Assembly: GCA_903918885.1 (NCBI GenBank)
Contig: CAIXFY010000050.1
Location: 12,730 to 76,729, forward strand
Direction: 5' to 3'
Length of the DNA stretch: 64,000 bases
Source of the DNA: an uncultured Verrucomicrobia subdivision 3 bacterium
Lineage (GTDB): Bacteria; Verrucomicrobiota; Verrucomicrobiia; Limisphaerales; UBA11358
The position numbers and the translations under genes were made by a program. Positions 9,517 through 18,387 of this stretch are shown here, in pieces (the first letter of the stretch is position 1; the number at the start of each line of letters is the position of its first letter). The notes beneath the pieces were generated by a model. The model had not been told where the DNA came from. It ran no database searches and saw only the letters and a list, made by a program, of their open reading frames with translations.

Positions 9517-12500
9517 TCACGGGTTGAACAGCGCGCGATAAAAGCGGCGCTGAAAATTGGTTGTCTCGGTGTCAGACCAGAGCAGCGGCGAGACGGAGAG
9601 GTTGGTGGAAAAGACGTTCGTCCAATTGATGAGATTCGTCGAAGCTTGCACAATGTAAGTCTGGCCGGTCGTGCCGACGATGGAAAATTGCACGCAACCG
9701 CCGGTCAGCATCGTGCCCGCCAACACTGGCGGCGGATTGGTCGGTGCGGGAATACTGTAGCTGTAGGCCACCATGCGGTTGGTTTTGCCGACGCCCTCGT
9801 CCGCCGGACGGTAGGAGCGCACATAATCCACAATGGCATTGGTCGGAGAGATGGTGACGCGCAGATGGCCGGAGCTGCCGTAGAGGACGCCGTTGGTGTA
9901 GTTGTAATTTGGGTCGGTCGCGGAATTGACCGAGTTATACGGGTAGTGACTCGGCTGCGGCACTTCCTGATAGATGAAGTCCGGGTTGCCGTTGGTGTTG
10001 CCGCTCGCGAAATAATCCTGCTTCACATACAGGTGGTCGTGGCCGTGGAAAAAGACCTGCGCCCGATTGGTGATAAGCAAATCGCGAATGGGCATGGGCC
10101 AGCCGGGGCGGTGTGCGGCAAAACCCGGCGTGCCGTTGGTGTTCAAACCGCCCCACTCGAAGTAAGGTGAAAATTCCAGTCCGCCGCGTGCGGTCGAGTC
10201 AAAGCTGCCGCCGATGAGGTGGTGGGCGAAGATGAATTTGAATTTTGCGGTGCTGGTTTCGAGCGTGGACTTGAGCCAGAAATATTGATTCGTGCCAAGC
10301 GTCCACGCCCATGGGTCTTTGGATTTGCTGACGCCTTGGTTGCTATACCAGAACGGGTCGAGCACGACGAACAGCGCATCGCCCCACTCGAAGGCGTAGT
10401 AGCCGTCGCGCGGATCTTGCTGGTAGGCATCGGTGTTGGTCGCGCCGGAATAAAATCCGCCAGGAACCGGGCAGGGATAATACAGTTCGCGCGCGCTGGC
10501 GGCCCACACCGGCGGGTTGGTGTGCGGCGAAGTGTTGTCCAGCCACCAGCCCAATTCCGGATCGTGATTGCCGTCCACAAGAAACAGCGGAACGGAGTGT
10601 CCGGAGATGTTGAAGAACTGGTTGCGGACGGCGGCGCACGCGTCGATGATGCCCGGCTGCGTCATCGTGTAAGGATTGGTGGACGCATATTTTTCGCCCA
10701 TGAACGTGTCGCCGAGATCGATTAAAAAATCCGGCTGGTCGGCAAGGACATTGGTGAGCGTTTGTTGCCAGATGGAAGGAACTGTGCCGGGGTTGTCGTT
10801 GTAATGCGGGTCGGCCTCGATGTCGAAAGTGAACGTGCTGCCGCGCGCGCGTTGCGTGGCAAACGTGCGTTCCGCTCCGGCGCTGAAAGGCGCGCTGCCG
10901 TTGGTTGAAAAGCGCAGACGGTAAAAAAATTTCTGGTTGCCCTGAAGCTGGTTGAAGATGAACGCCGTGGGGACGGTGGCCGCGACGAGATTTGTCGTGG
11001 TCTGGTTCGTGTAAATGCCCGATTGCGTGCCGCACTCCAGATAGGCTTGCAGGTCGTTGCTCGCGAGAACGCTCACGGCGATGGAGCTGGCGGTGGGGCG
11101 ACCGAGCAACACGTCATACGCGGTGAAGATGTTTGTGTCAGCAACCCCGCTGGCGTTCGTGACAGTGAGAACGGCGGGCAGGCTGTTCGTGCTCGTGGGC
11201 CAATTGACAGCCTTGTCGGTCACCACCACGTCGTAGGTTGCAGCGTCGGTTGCGGAGATATTGGTCAGGTCGAGCCGGGTAAGATAAACGCTCGTATCCA
11301 CCGTCGTGTAGTTTGTGGCCGTGAGAATGTTCGTTCCGTTTTTCCGCCACTGAACGGAGAACTGCTTGGGATACACCGTGGTCATCGCCCAGAATGTCAC
11401 ATTGCTGCCCGCCGCCACGGTCTGGCTTTGCGGATGCACGCCGATATAGGGCGGATAGGCTTCCGCCGTGATGTTTCCGTAATCCGCCGTCAACGTCGCC
11501 ACGACGTTCGAGTAGGCAGGCACGTTGATCAGGTCCGTCGTCTCGTAAGGATCGGCGATGATGTCGAACAGCAAGTTGGTGAAAGCGTTGGCCGAAATCT
11601 TGTCGCGGATGAGCTTGAACATCGTGAGGCTCGGGCCGTTGCTGAACACGTCGAACACGCCGCTGCCGCCGCTGCTGCCGGAAACGAGCGGCACGCCGCG
11701 ATAGTTCGTGGGATTGAACGCGCCGTTTGTCGCCGTGAGCAGCAACGGCCACATGTTCACGCCGTCGAAGGGCTTCGGGTTCAGCGGCGTCACGCCCACC
11801 GCCGCGCAGATGGTCGGAAACCAGTCGCCCACCCAGACGAATTGCTGGCAGTTCGTCACGCCCGCTGGCAGCACGCCCGGCCAGCGGATCGCCGCCGGGG
11901 TGTGGATGCCGCCGTCATACAAATCGCCCTTCGTGCCACGCAGCGGCGTGTTCAGCGAGCCGACCGCGTTGTCGCCGCCGTTGTCGCCGAAATAAACCAC
12001 CAGCGTGTTCGTCGTAATGCCTTCGCTGTCGAGCGCGGCGAGCACGCGACCGAGCGCGACGTCTTCCTGATCAATTGCCGCGTCAAGCGTGCGCCGCGTC
12101 GTGTCGGCAATGCCCGTGTATTTGCTGATGAAATTGGTCGCCGCGCTCACCGGGCCGTGAACGGCGTTGAACGCGAGATACAGAATCACCGGCTTCGACG
12201 GGTCGCGCTGTTGCAGCAGTTGCACGGCCTTGTCCGCCAGCAAATCGGAAGACCAGCCCGCGTCCAGATTCGTCTGGCCGTTCAGCCACCAATCCAACAG
12301 GCCGTTGTCCTGACTGATGTGCGTGAAATAATTGATCGCGCCGGTGTATTGTCCGTAGTGGATGTCCCAGCCGCGATTCTGCGGCTGGTAATCAGTATTT
12401 TCGCGGATGACCGGGTAGCTAACGCCGTTAATGACGGTGTTGGAAGCGGTGTTGTAAAGCCCGCCGAGATGCCATTTGCCACACATGAACGTCTGATAGC

Positions 12501-13119
12501 CCGCCGCCTTGAACGTGACCGGCATGAGGTGTTCGTGCAAATCAAGCCCGTGGGAATTGTTGACGCCGGTGCGGATGGGGTTGCGCCCGGTCATCAACGT
12601 CGAACGCGTGACGCTGCAAACCGGCGTGGGATAAAATCGTTCCAGCCGGATGCCTTCGCTGCCGATCCGATCCATGTTCGGCGTGGGCATCTCCGCGCCG
12701 TGACAGCTCAAATCGTGATAACCCTGATCGTCGGTGACGATGATGAGGACGTTCGGCTTGAGCGAGCGGACGAATACCGTGAACGACTGCGTCGCGCTCA
12801 AGTTCGGTGAGCCGTTGTCGGTGACGACAACGCTGAAGAAGTTTGACGTGCCGGAATTATTCGTGGTCGTCAGCCACGCGATTACGCCGGTGTTCGTGTT
12901 GATTGTCGCTCCGCCGGGCGCGGTTAGAAGGCTGAAGGTGAGTTGCTGCGCGGGAACGTCCGCGTCGCTCGCGACGTTGGTGACGGAAAGAGTTTCGCCG
13001 CCGTTGAGGACGCGATTGGTCAGCGCCGACAAGGTGGGCGGCGTGTTGGTCGCCTCGGCGCGGAAAATTCCGGCGCAGAGAACGGCCAGCCAAATCCAGT
13101 TGTTAAAAAACTTCGGCAT
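9517..13119 (-). CDS. Multidomain exported protein: cadherin/Ig-like, arylsulfatase, Ig, metallophosphoesterase, C-terminal FYR tail
   Basis: PNVLIIVTDDQG, CSVTRSTLMTGR, GKWHLG, GDNGG; then ADPH, LGDTF, GNHD, GHDH; C-term QASTNLINW...RRFYRA. Confidence 0.88.
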   Translation of the reverse strand: MPKFFNNWIWLAVLCAGIFRAEATNTPPTLSALTNRVLNGGETLSVTNVASDADVPAQQLTFSLLTAPGGATINTNTGVIAWLTTTNNSGTSNFFSVVVTDNGSPNLSATQSFTVFVRSLKPNVLIIVTDDQGYHDLSCHGAEMPTPNMDRIGSEGIRLERFYPTPVCSVTRSTLMTGRNPIRTGVNNSHGLDLHEHLMPVTFKAAGYQTFMCGKWHLGGLYNTASNTVINGVSYPVIRENTDYQPQNRGWDIHYGQYTGAINYFTHISQDNGLLDWWLNGQTNLDAGWSSDLLADKAVQLLQQRDPSKPVILYLAFNAVHGPVSAATNFISKYTGIADTTRRTLDAAIDQEDVALGRVLAALDSEGITTNTLVVYFGDNGGDNAVGSLNTPLRGTKGDLYDGGIHTPAAIRWPGVLPAGVTNCQQFVWVGDWFPTICAAVGVTPLNPKPFDGVNMWPLLLTATNGAFNPTNYRGVPLVSGSSGGSGVFDVFSNGPSLTMFKLIRDKISANAFTNLLFDIIADPYETTDLINVPAYSNVVATLTADYGNITAEAYPPYIGVHPQSQTVAAGSNVTFWAMTTVYPKQFSVQWRKNGTNILTATNYTTVDTSVYLTRLDLTNISATDAATYDVVVTDKAVNWPTSTNSLPAVLTVTNASGVADTNIFTAYDVLLGRPTASSIAVSVLASNDLQAYLECGTQSGIYTNQTTTNLVAATVPTAFIFNQLQGNQKFFYRLRFSTNGSAPFSAGAERTFATQRARGSTFTFDIEADPHYNDNPGTVPSIWQQTLTNVLADQPDFLIDLGDTFMGEKYASTNPYTMTQPGIIDACAAVRNQFFNISGHSVPLFLVDGNHDPELGWWLDNTSPHTNPPVWAASARELYYPCPVPGGFYSGATNTDAYQQDPRDGYYAFEWGDALFVVLDPFWYSNQGVSKSKDPWAWTLGTNQYFWLKSTLETSTAKFKFIFAHHLIGGSFDSTARGGLEFSPYFEWGGLNTNGTPGFAAHRPGWPMPIRDLLITNRAQVFFHGHDHLYVKQDYFASGNTNGNPDFIYQEVPQPSHYPYNSVNSATDPNYNYTNGVLYGSSGHLRVTISPTNAIVDYVRSYRPADEGVGKTNRMVAYSYSIPAPTNPPPVLAGTMLTGGCVQFSIVGTTGQTYIVQASTNLINWTNVFSTNLSVSPLLWSDTETTNFQRRFYRALFNP

Positions 13120-13122
13120 AAA

Positions 13123-16100
13123 TTATCTCGTCGCTTTGACCCGATAGAATAGGTTCGAGCCAGTGTTTCCGCCGGTGTGGATGACCGTGTTGGTGATCGT
13201 GGTCGGCGGCGTGTTGGTAAAGACGGCAGTCCATTGGCCAGAGGCAAGCGAGGACGAGCATTCGAGATATTGCCACGCGTTGTTGCCGCCGATCCAAGTC
13301 AAGTTGATGTTGCCGCCGGCGACTTGCAGGCCGGTGATGGCCAGGCGCGACGCGGCGTTCGTCGGGTTCAGGTCGGCAATATAATTTTGCAGCGTGGTAC
13401 TGCCGTTGGCGTTGATGAAGCTCGCGACGGACGCCAGCGTGGGATCGAAGCCGTAGCGCAACGCCCAGCCGTCGGGGATGCCATTGTTCGCAGACGACCA
13501 CGCGGTGGGATCGAGGCCGTAGCTGAATTCCTGAAGGTCGGTCAGGCCGTCGCCGTCGTCGTCGCTGGTGGCGGTGACGGCGGAGAGCGAGCCGAAGTGC
13601 GAACGCACCCAAACATCCGGAAGGCCAAGCCCAACCGTGTCGGTAGCCGCGCCGGTGTAAGTTTCAATCGTTCCGCGCGGCGTCAAATCCTTGCCGGCAA
13701 AGCCACTGAAGTTGGTCGCATAGCGGTGAACTTTGAAAACTTCGTTGAGTGTCTGTAACGGAAAGTTGGTGTTGCTGTTTGGGTCGAACGGGACGGTCGT
13801 GCCTTGCGCTAGCGGCGTGGTTGTGATGGGGTTGATATATTTCCAGACAGTTTGCGCGTTGCTGTTGACTTCAAACAGCGTGCCGCGAATTCCGAAAGTG
13901 ATGAGCGTGTCGCCGTTCGGTTCGCGTTCCACGCCGCCGATGTCCGCACCAAAGAAATTCGTCGCAGGATTGTTGGTGTATTGCCAAAAATAACTCGTCG
14001 GCCCGAAATAGGTGTTGCCGACACGCGAATAAAAGCCGTTCGCATCCACCGGCGGGACAATTTCGTCAATCGAAGTGTAAGCCGGATTAGCGCGATTGAT
14101 TCCGTTGTCGTGAATCAAAATGTGGCCCGCGCCGGGACAGTTAGTCGGAATCCAGGTCGCGCAGTGTTGTTGCCAGAGCATTTCCTTGTGCGTCGCGTCG
14201 GTGAGATTGTTGATGGCCGGATTGCCCCAGCGATACAGTAAATCACCGCCTTTACCGTAACGACCGCCAGTGTGGCCGGCGGCTTGCGCAGTGGTGGTGC
14301 CATGGTCAATCACCCAAATCTCGCACTGGTTGCGTGAGCTGATGAGAATTTGGTCAAGCTGCGGATTGTAATCAATGCCATTGAAGTGATTCCAGAACTG
14401 CTGGAGCGGACCGCTATTGGCGTTGATCAGTTCAATGTGATTGCTCGGCACGCCGTAGTTGGCCTTGGTCACGTCGTTGCTCTGAACGAGGTGATCCCAG
14501 ACATGCCATTGCCAGACGATTGTGCCGTTGGTCGTGCCATTTTTTGCAGCGGGCTGCACTTCAATAACGGCGTCGGGCAGCAAGAAACCGCCGTTGGTGG
14601 TCACGCTGATTTGCGTTTGTGAATTCGTCTGAAAACCGGCAGCGAGAACATCCGCCAAAGGCTTCTCCTCACACATGATCATCAGCAAATTGCCGTTTGG
14701 CAAAAGCGCGATGTCGTGATGGCTCAGGTTCGTGATCGTGTTCTGCTCGTAGCACCAGACCAGATTGTTTTGCCAATCGCGTTCCTCCACTCGACCGCCT
14801 TCGCCGCCGCCGGTGTTGAGCAGAGCTTGCCCGCCCAAGGAACAGGTCCGCAACAAGTGGCCGTTCGGCATCAAGTATTCCGACCGGCCCGGATTGTAGG
14901 TGGTCGTCCACTTGTGGACATATTGGCCGCTGTTGTTGATTAGATAAGTGGTGTTGGCCTGCATCGGCGAGAACAGCGTGTAACCGGATTGCACGCCGGA
15001 AAGATTGGTGAAAAGCCCCACCGTCTGCGAAAGCTTTTCCTGCCGCATCACGCGGAAACCTGTTTGACTCCAATCGCCGTAAGGATCGCCAGGCGGACCG
15101 CCGCCGAGAAAATAAGACGGGTCGCGATTCGACACACGAGCGTGGCCGTAATCGTAGTCGCTCGCGGAATTGCCGTTCCACCAAGTGCCGCCGCGCAGAC
15201 AGCGGTAGGGCGCGCCGTTCGTGCTGGTGGGAAACAAATCCGCGTTCGCCAGCACTGGGCCGGGCGGATTCGTCACGATGTTGTTGTTCGTGCAGTAGGC
15301 GTAGTAGGCGTTTTGATACCAGTCGTTGCACCATTCCCAGACGTTGCCGCCCATGTCGTAAAGGCCGTAGGGATTCGAGCCGTCGCTGGTCTGGTAAGTC
15401 GTCTGGCTTGCCGGCCAGTTGTAATCCGACTTGAGCCGTAGCGCGCCGTTGTAGAAACCGACGGGCGTTGTGCATGGGTAATCGTTCGTCGTCTCGAACG
15501 GGTCGCCGGAGTTCTGCCAGTTGGCGAAGCTGCCATCGTAATTCGTGTTCATGCCCCACGGGAACATGACGTAGGGATTCGTCTGGCCGCCGTGCGCGGC
15601 GTATTCCCATTCAGCCTCGGTCGGCAAACGAAAACCGTTCTTCGTGAAATCCACGTCGCCGTTGGTGAGATTGTAGCACGAATCGAAACCGTTCGTCTGG
15701 CTCAACCAGTTGCAATATGCAATCGCGCCGAACCACCGCACACTCGTAGCCGGATGCAGATCGCGGCTGTTCAGGACGGTGAAAGAGTTGTTCAGAAACT
15801 GGATGCGGCTGGAGGACGACGCATCGCGCGTGTAGAAAAACACATTCGTCCCGCCGACGGCATAAACGATGTTCGTGCGCACCTCAATCAAACCCTGTGC
15901 CAGCGCGCTGTTCAGATAGTCGCAATACTCGCGGCAGGTAACGAGCGTCGTGGACATATAGAGCGGCGAGATATAGACGTTGTGAACGGGGATTTCGTCC
16001 GTGTAGTGCTTGAGGTCAATGTATTCGAACTGGTCGCCCATGAGAAAATTACCGCCGGGAATGCGGACATATTGTGCGCTGAACGGGATGACGACATTCG

Positions 16101-16680
16101 ACGTGCCGATGGTGGTCGTGAGCGTGATCTGATCGAGCCAGACATGGGCGTTCGCCTGCCCGCCGGCGAACTGGAATTGTAGGAACAGATTGCTGACGAG
16201 GTCGGCAGGCGGGAGCGCGTAGGTATAGCTGCGCCAGGTGTGATTCGTGCCGTTCGTCTCATTGAGCCGCGTCGTGAAACCCGCGCCGTTGTTGAGCAGC
16301 AGCGCCCAGCCGCCGTTGTTCGTCAGGCCAGTGGTGTTGATGTAAAAAGTCAGCGTCGCGCTGTCACCGCGCGCATCAATGCCCGCCGCCGTGGTGATGA
16401 AACTGTCCGTCAGATTCGTCGTGCCAACCTTAAATGAAAGTCCATTAGTATTGCCACTACCGTAGTTGGCGTTGGCGTTTTGCTCGAATGGGTTACTGTA
16501 ACCATTTGTGAAAACCGTCCAGGCATAGTTGCAACCGCCGCCCGCCCATGGTTTGACTGTGTTGGTTGCCATTGTTTCTTGAAACCCCACCACATTCGTC
16601 GTCGCCGCACAAGCTTGCCGGTCCCCTAACCAGACAAAAACCAGCATGGTCGACAAGATGAGATGGATGGAACGTTTCAC
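13123..16680 (-). CDS. Exported FGE/SUMF1-domain plus arylsulfotransferase (ASST)-like fusion protein
   Basis: GTG start overlapping upstream TGA (GTGA); RLPTEAEWEYAA, NPYGLYDMGGNVWEW, RGGTW; ASST-like HHDI, NHFNGIDY..ISSRN, QQH; DDDGDGLTD Ca-loop; C-term NLFYRV. Confidence 0.8.
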   Translation of the reverse strand: MKRSIHLILSTMLVFVWLGDRQACAATTNVVGFQETMATNTVKPWAGGGCNYAWTVFTNGYSNPFEQNANANYGSGNTNGLSFKVGTTNLTDSFITTAAGIDARGDSATLTFYINTTGLTNNGGWALLLNNGAGFTTRLNETNGTNHTWRSYTYALPPADLVSNLFLQFQFAGGQANAHVWLDQITLTTTIGTSNVVIPFSAQYVRIPGGNFLMGDQFEYIDLKHYTDEIPVHNVYISPLYMSTTLVTCREYCDYLNSALAQGLIEVRTNIVYAVGGTNVFFYTRDASSSSRIQFLNNSFTVLNSRDLHPATSVRWFGAIAYCNWLSQTNGFDSCYNLTNGDVDFTKNGFRLPTEAEWEYAAHGGQTNPYVMFPWGMNTNYDGSFANWQNSGDPFETTNDYPCTTPVGFYNGALRLKSDYNWPASQTTYQTSDGSNPYGLYDMGGNVWEWCNDWYQNAYYAYCTNNNIVTNPPGPVLANADLFPTSTNGAPYRCLRGGTWWNGNSASDYDYGHARVSNRDPSYFLGGGPPGDPYGDWSQTGFRVMRQEKLSQTVGLFTNLSGVQSGYTLFSPMQANTTYLINNSGQYVHKWTTTYNPGRSEYLMPNGHLLRTCSLGGQALLNTGGGEGGRVEERDWQNNLVWCYEQNTITNLSHHDIALLPNGNLLMIMCEEKPLADVLAAGFQTNSQTQISVTTNGGFLLPDAVIEVQPAAKNGTTNGTIVWQWHVWDHLVQSNDVTKANYGVPSNHIELINANSGPLQQFWNHFNGIDYNPQLDQILISSRNQCEIWVIDHGTTTAQAAGHTGGRYGKGGDLLYRWGNPAINNLTDATHKEMLWQQHCATWIPTNCPGAGHILIHDNGINRANPAYTSIDEIVPPVDANGFYSRVGNTYFGPTSYFWQYTNNPATNFFGADIGGVEREPNGDTLITFGIRGTLFEVNSNAQTVWKYINPITTTPLAQGTTVPFDPNSNTNFPLQTLNEVFKVHRYATNFSGFAGKDLTPRGTIETYTGAATDTVGLGLPDVWVRSHFGSLSAVTATSDDDGDGLTDLQEFSYGLDPTAWSSANNGIPDGWALRYGFDPTLASVASFINANGSTTLQNYIADLNPTNAASRLAITGLQVAGGNINLTWIGGNNAWQYLECSSSLASGQWTAVFTNTPPTTITNTVIHTGGNTGSNLFYRVKATR

Positions 16681-18344
16681 GGTTGATGAGAATGATTGCC
16701 TTCGGGTAGGTTGCCCTTCGGTAAATCCATTTCGCTGGCAATCATCCTCGTTCGGTCGTAAGTGAACTTCAACGCGGAGCTGTCGAGCACAAGTTCTTTC
16801 ATGGCGGTGAGCAAAACATTGCGGCTGACGGCTGACGGCGGCAAGGAAATTTTCACCGGCGCAGACAGCGCATAAACAGTGATAAAATATGTTTTCGTGC
16901 CCGGCCCTTTCGAGTGCGGCGGCGCGTATCCGAGATTGCGATTGACGCTGTTGTTGCCCGCGACACCGATGCTGGTGGCATTTTTTGCGAGGCTGTGGAC
17001 GCTCGCGGGAATGTTGTAGAGCGTCCAATACCACTTCACATCGCCCGGGCCGGGAAAGTGATCCATGATGACCGCGAAATATTTTGTGCCCGCCGGCGCA
17101 CCGCTCCATTCGAGCGGCGGCGAAGCGCTCGCGCCATCGCCGGTGAATTCCACCGGCAACGCGCCGCCATTTGTCACCACCGAACTTGTCAGTAGAAAAG
17201 TGCCGCTGTGCTTAGCGTTAATCATCACCGGAGCTACAGCCGCTGGCTGATCGCGGCGTGGCTGATCGCGTTGAGCATCCGGCGGAGGACGCTGACCTTT
17301 GAGATCATTTTGCGGCGGTGGATTTTTTTCGTGGTCAGGTCGAAAATTTGTCGGATATGTTTTCGTCGTCTTCTGGCCGGACGCGTCGGTGAAATCAAAC
17401 CTCACCGCGCCAGCCTCTGCGCCGTAGTGCAACGTTACCGGCTGGCCGTTGAGTGTGTAAGTCAGCGTGTAGCTTTTCCCATCCGCCTCGGTTTTGAAAT
17501 CCGTGATGACTGCACCGCGTAACGGCGTCGTGGCCGGCCGCACGGGTTGTGCGCGTGGTTGAGGGTCGACTTGTCCGTCGCGCTCCGTGACTGTGCCGTG
17601 GAAACCGCCGTTGACGTAAGGATATTTTGTCGAGGCGTGATAATGATAGCCCAGCAGCTTCGTGGTGTGGCCGTCAAAAGCATCCAAATCGTTTGGGCGT
17701 GTGCCATCCGGATCGGCCAGTCCGTAAATCGGATAACCATCCAGCGCGAATGCGATAGGGTTGTTCGAGCCGATATATTGCTGCAAATGCAGCGGCGCGG
17801 CGTGATAATGATAATCATCCGCCCGACCCGCGTGGCCGCCAAAGTGGTCGAGTTCGCCGATTTCAGCGGAGATTTCGCCGCGATTGTTCTGGGGATTGAA
17901 AATGGGAATGCCGTTCACAGCAATGGCAATGGCTCCGCGCAGGAAATTATTTTTGATGCTTTGCGGTTCCGTGGCTGGAACCGGATTCAGTGGAAACCGC
18001 CAGGCATTATCCCCCGTGTAATTTTGCGGCAGCGGCACCTGTTGCTGCCAGGCGGTGATACCCGTCATCATCTGATCCGAAACCATTCCATCCGACTCGA
18101 CATAGAAAAACCTGTTGTCCCAGTGCGTCCGAACATTGTTGGCAAACGGGGCAAACGCCGTGGCGATGGAGGCACCACGGTTCGTTGTGTCTGGGGTTAA
18201 GTGCAGAAGGATATTGGTTGGTGGCGTTATGCTGGGATTGTAATGTGCGGTCAATCCGTCATGCGCAGGGTTGCCGGTGAGGTGGGCGGTGCATGTGGTA
18301 GAGGCAAATATCCCCAAACACAAAACCACTAGGTTTTTTATCAT
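16677..18344 (-). CDS. YHYH-domain protein fused to a YbhB/YbcL (PEBP-like) domain
   Basis: Signal peptide; GHAGRADDYHYH, ALDGYPIYG, second GYHYH; C-term SPPLEW, YWTLYNIP, YAPPHSKGPG..Y. Confidence 0.82.
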   Translation of the reverse strand: MIKNLVVLCLGIFASTTCTAHLTGNPAHDGLTAHYNPSITPPTNILLHLTPDTTNRGASIATAFAPFANNVRTHWDNRFFYVESDGMVSDQMMTGITAWQQQVPLPQNYTGDNAWRFPLNPVPATEPQSIKNNFLRGAIAIAVNGIPIFNPQNNRGEISAEIGELDHFGGHAGRADDYHYHAAPLHLQQYIGSNNPIAFALDGYPIYGLADPDGTRPNDLDAFDGHTTKLLGYHYHASTKYPYVNGGFHGTVTERDGQVDPQPRAQPVRPATTPLRGAVITDFKTEADGKSYTLTYTLNGQPVTLHYGAEAGAVRFDFTDASGQKTTKTYPTNFRPDHEKNPPPQNDLKGQRPPPDAQRDQPRRDQPAAVAPVMINAKHSGTFLLTSSVVTNGGALPVEFTGDGASASPPLEWSGAPAGTKYFAVIMDHFPGPGDVKWYWTLYNIPASVHSLAKNATSIGVAGNNSVNRNLGYAPPHSKGPGTKTYFITVYALSAPVKISLPPSAVSRNVLLTAMKELVLDSSALKFTYDRTRMIASEMDLPKGNLPEGNHSHQP

Positions 18345-18387
18345 AAAAAAAGCATGGTAACTTTGAACATTCCAATGGATAAAAAAT

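Noticed and set aside
11023-12810. 595-aa plus-strand ORF
   Set aside because: Antisense shadow of the sulfatase gene; no motifs, composition typical of GC-rich reverse frames
16681-17109. N-terminal extension of the 1328-aa ORF (likewise the extensions of ORFs ending 9653, 21866, 51075, 54358)
   Set aside because: Overlap neighbouring genes; downstream starts give signal peptides or domain starts and short gaps or 4-nt overlaps
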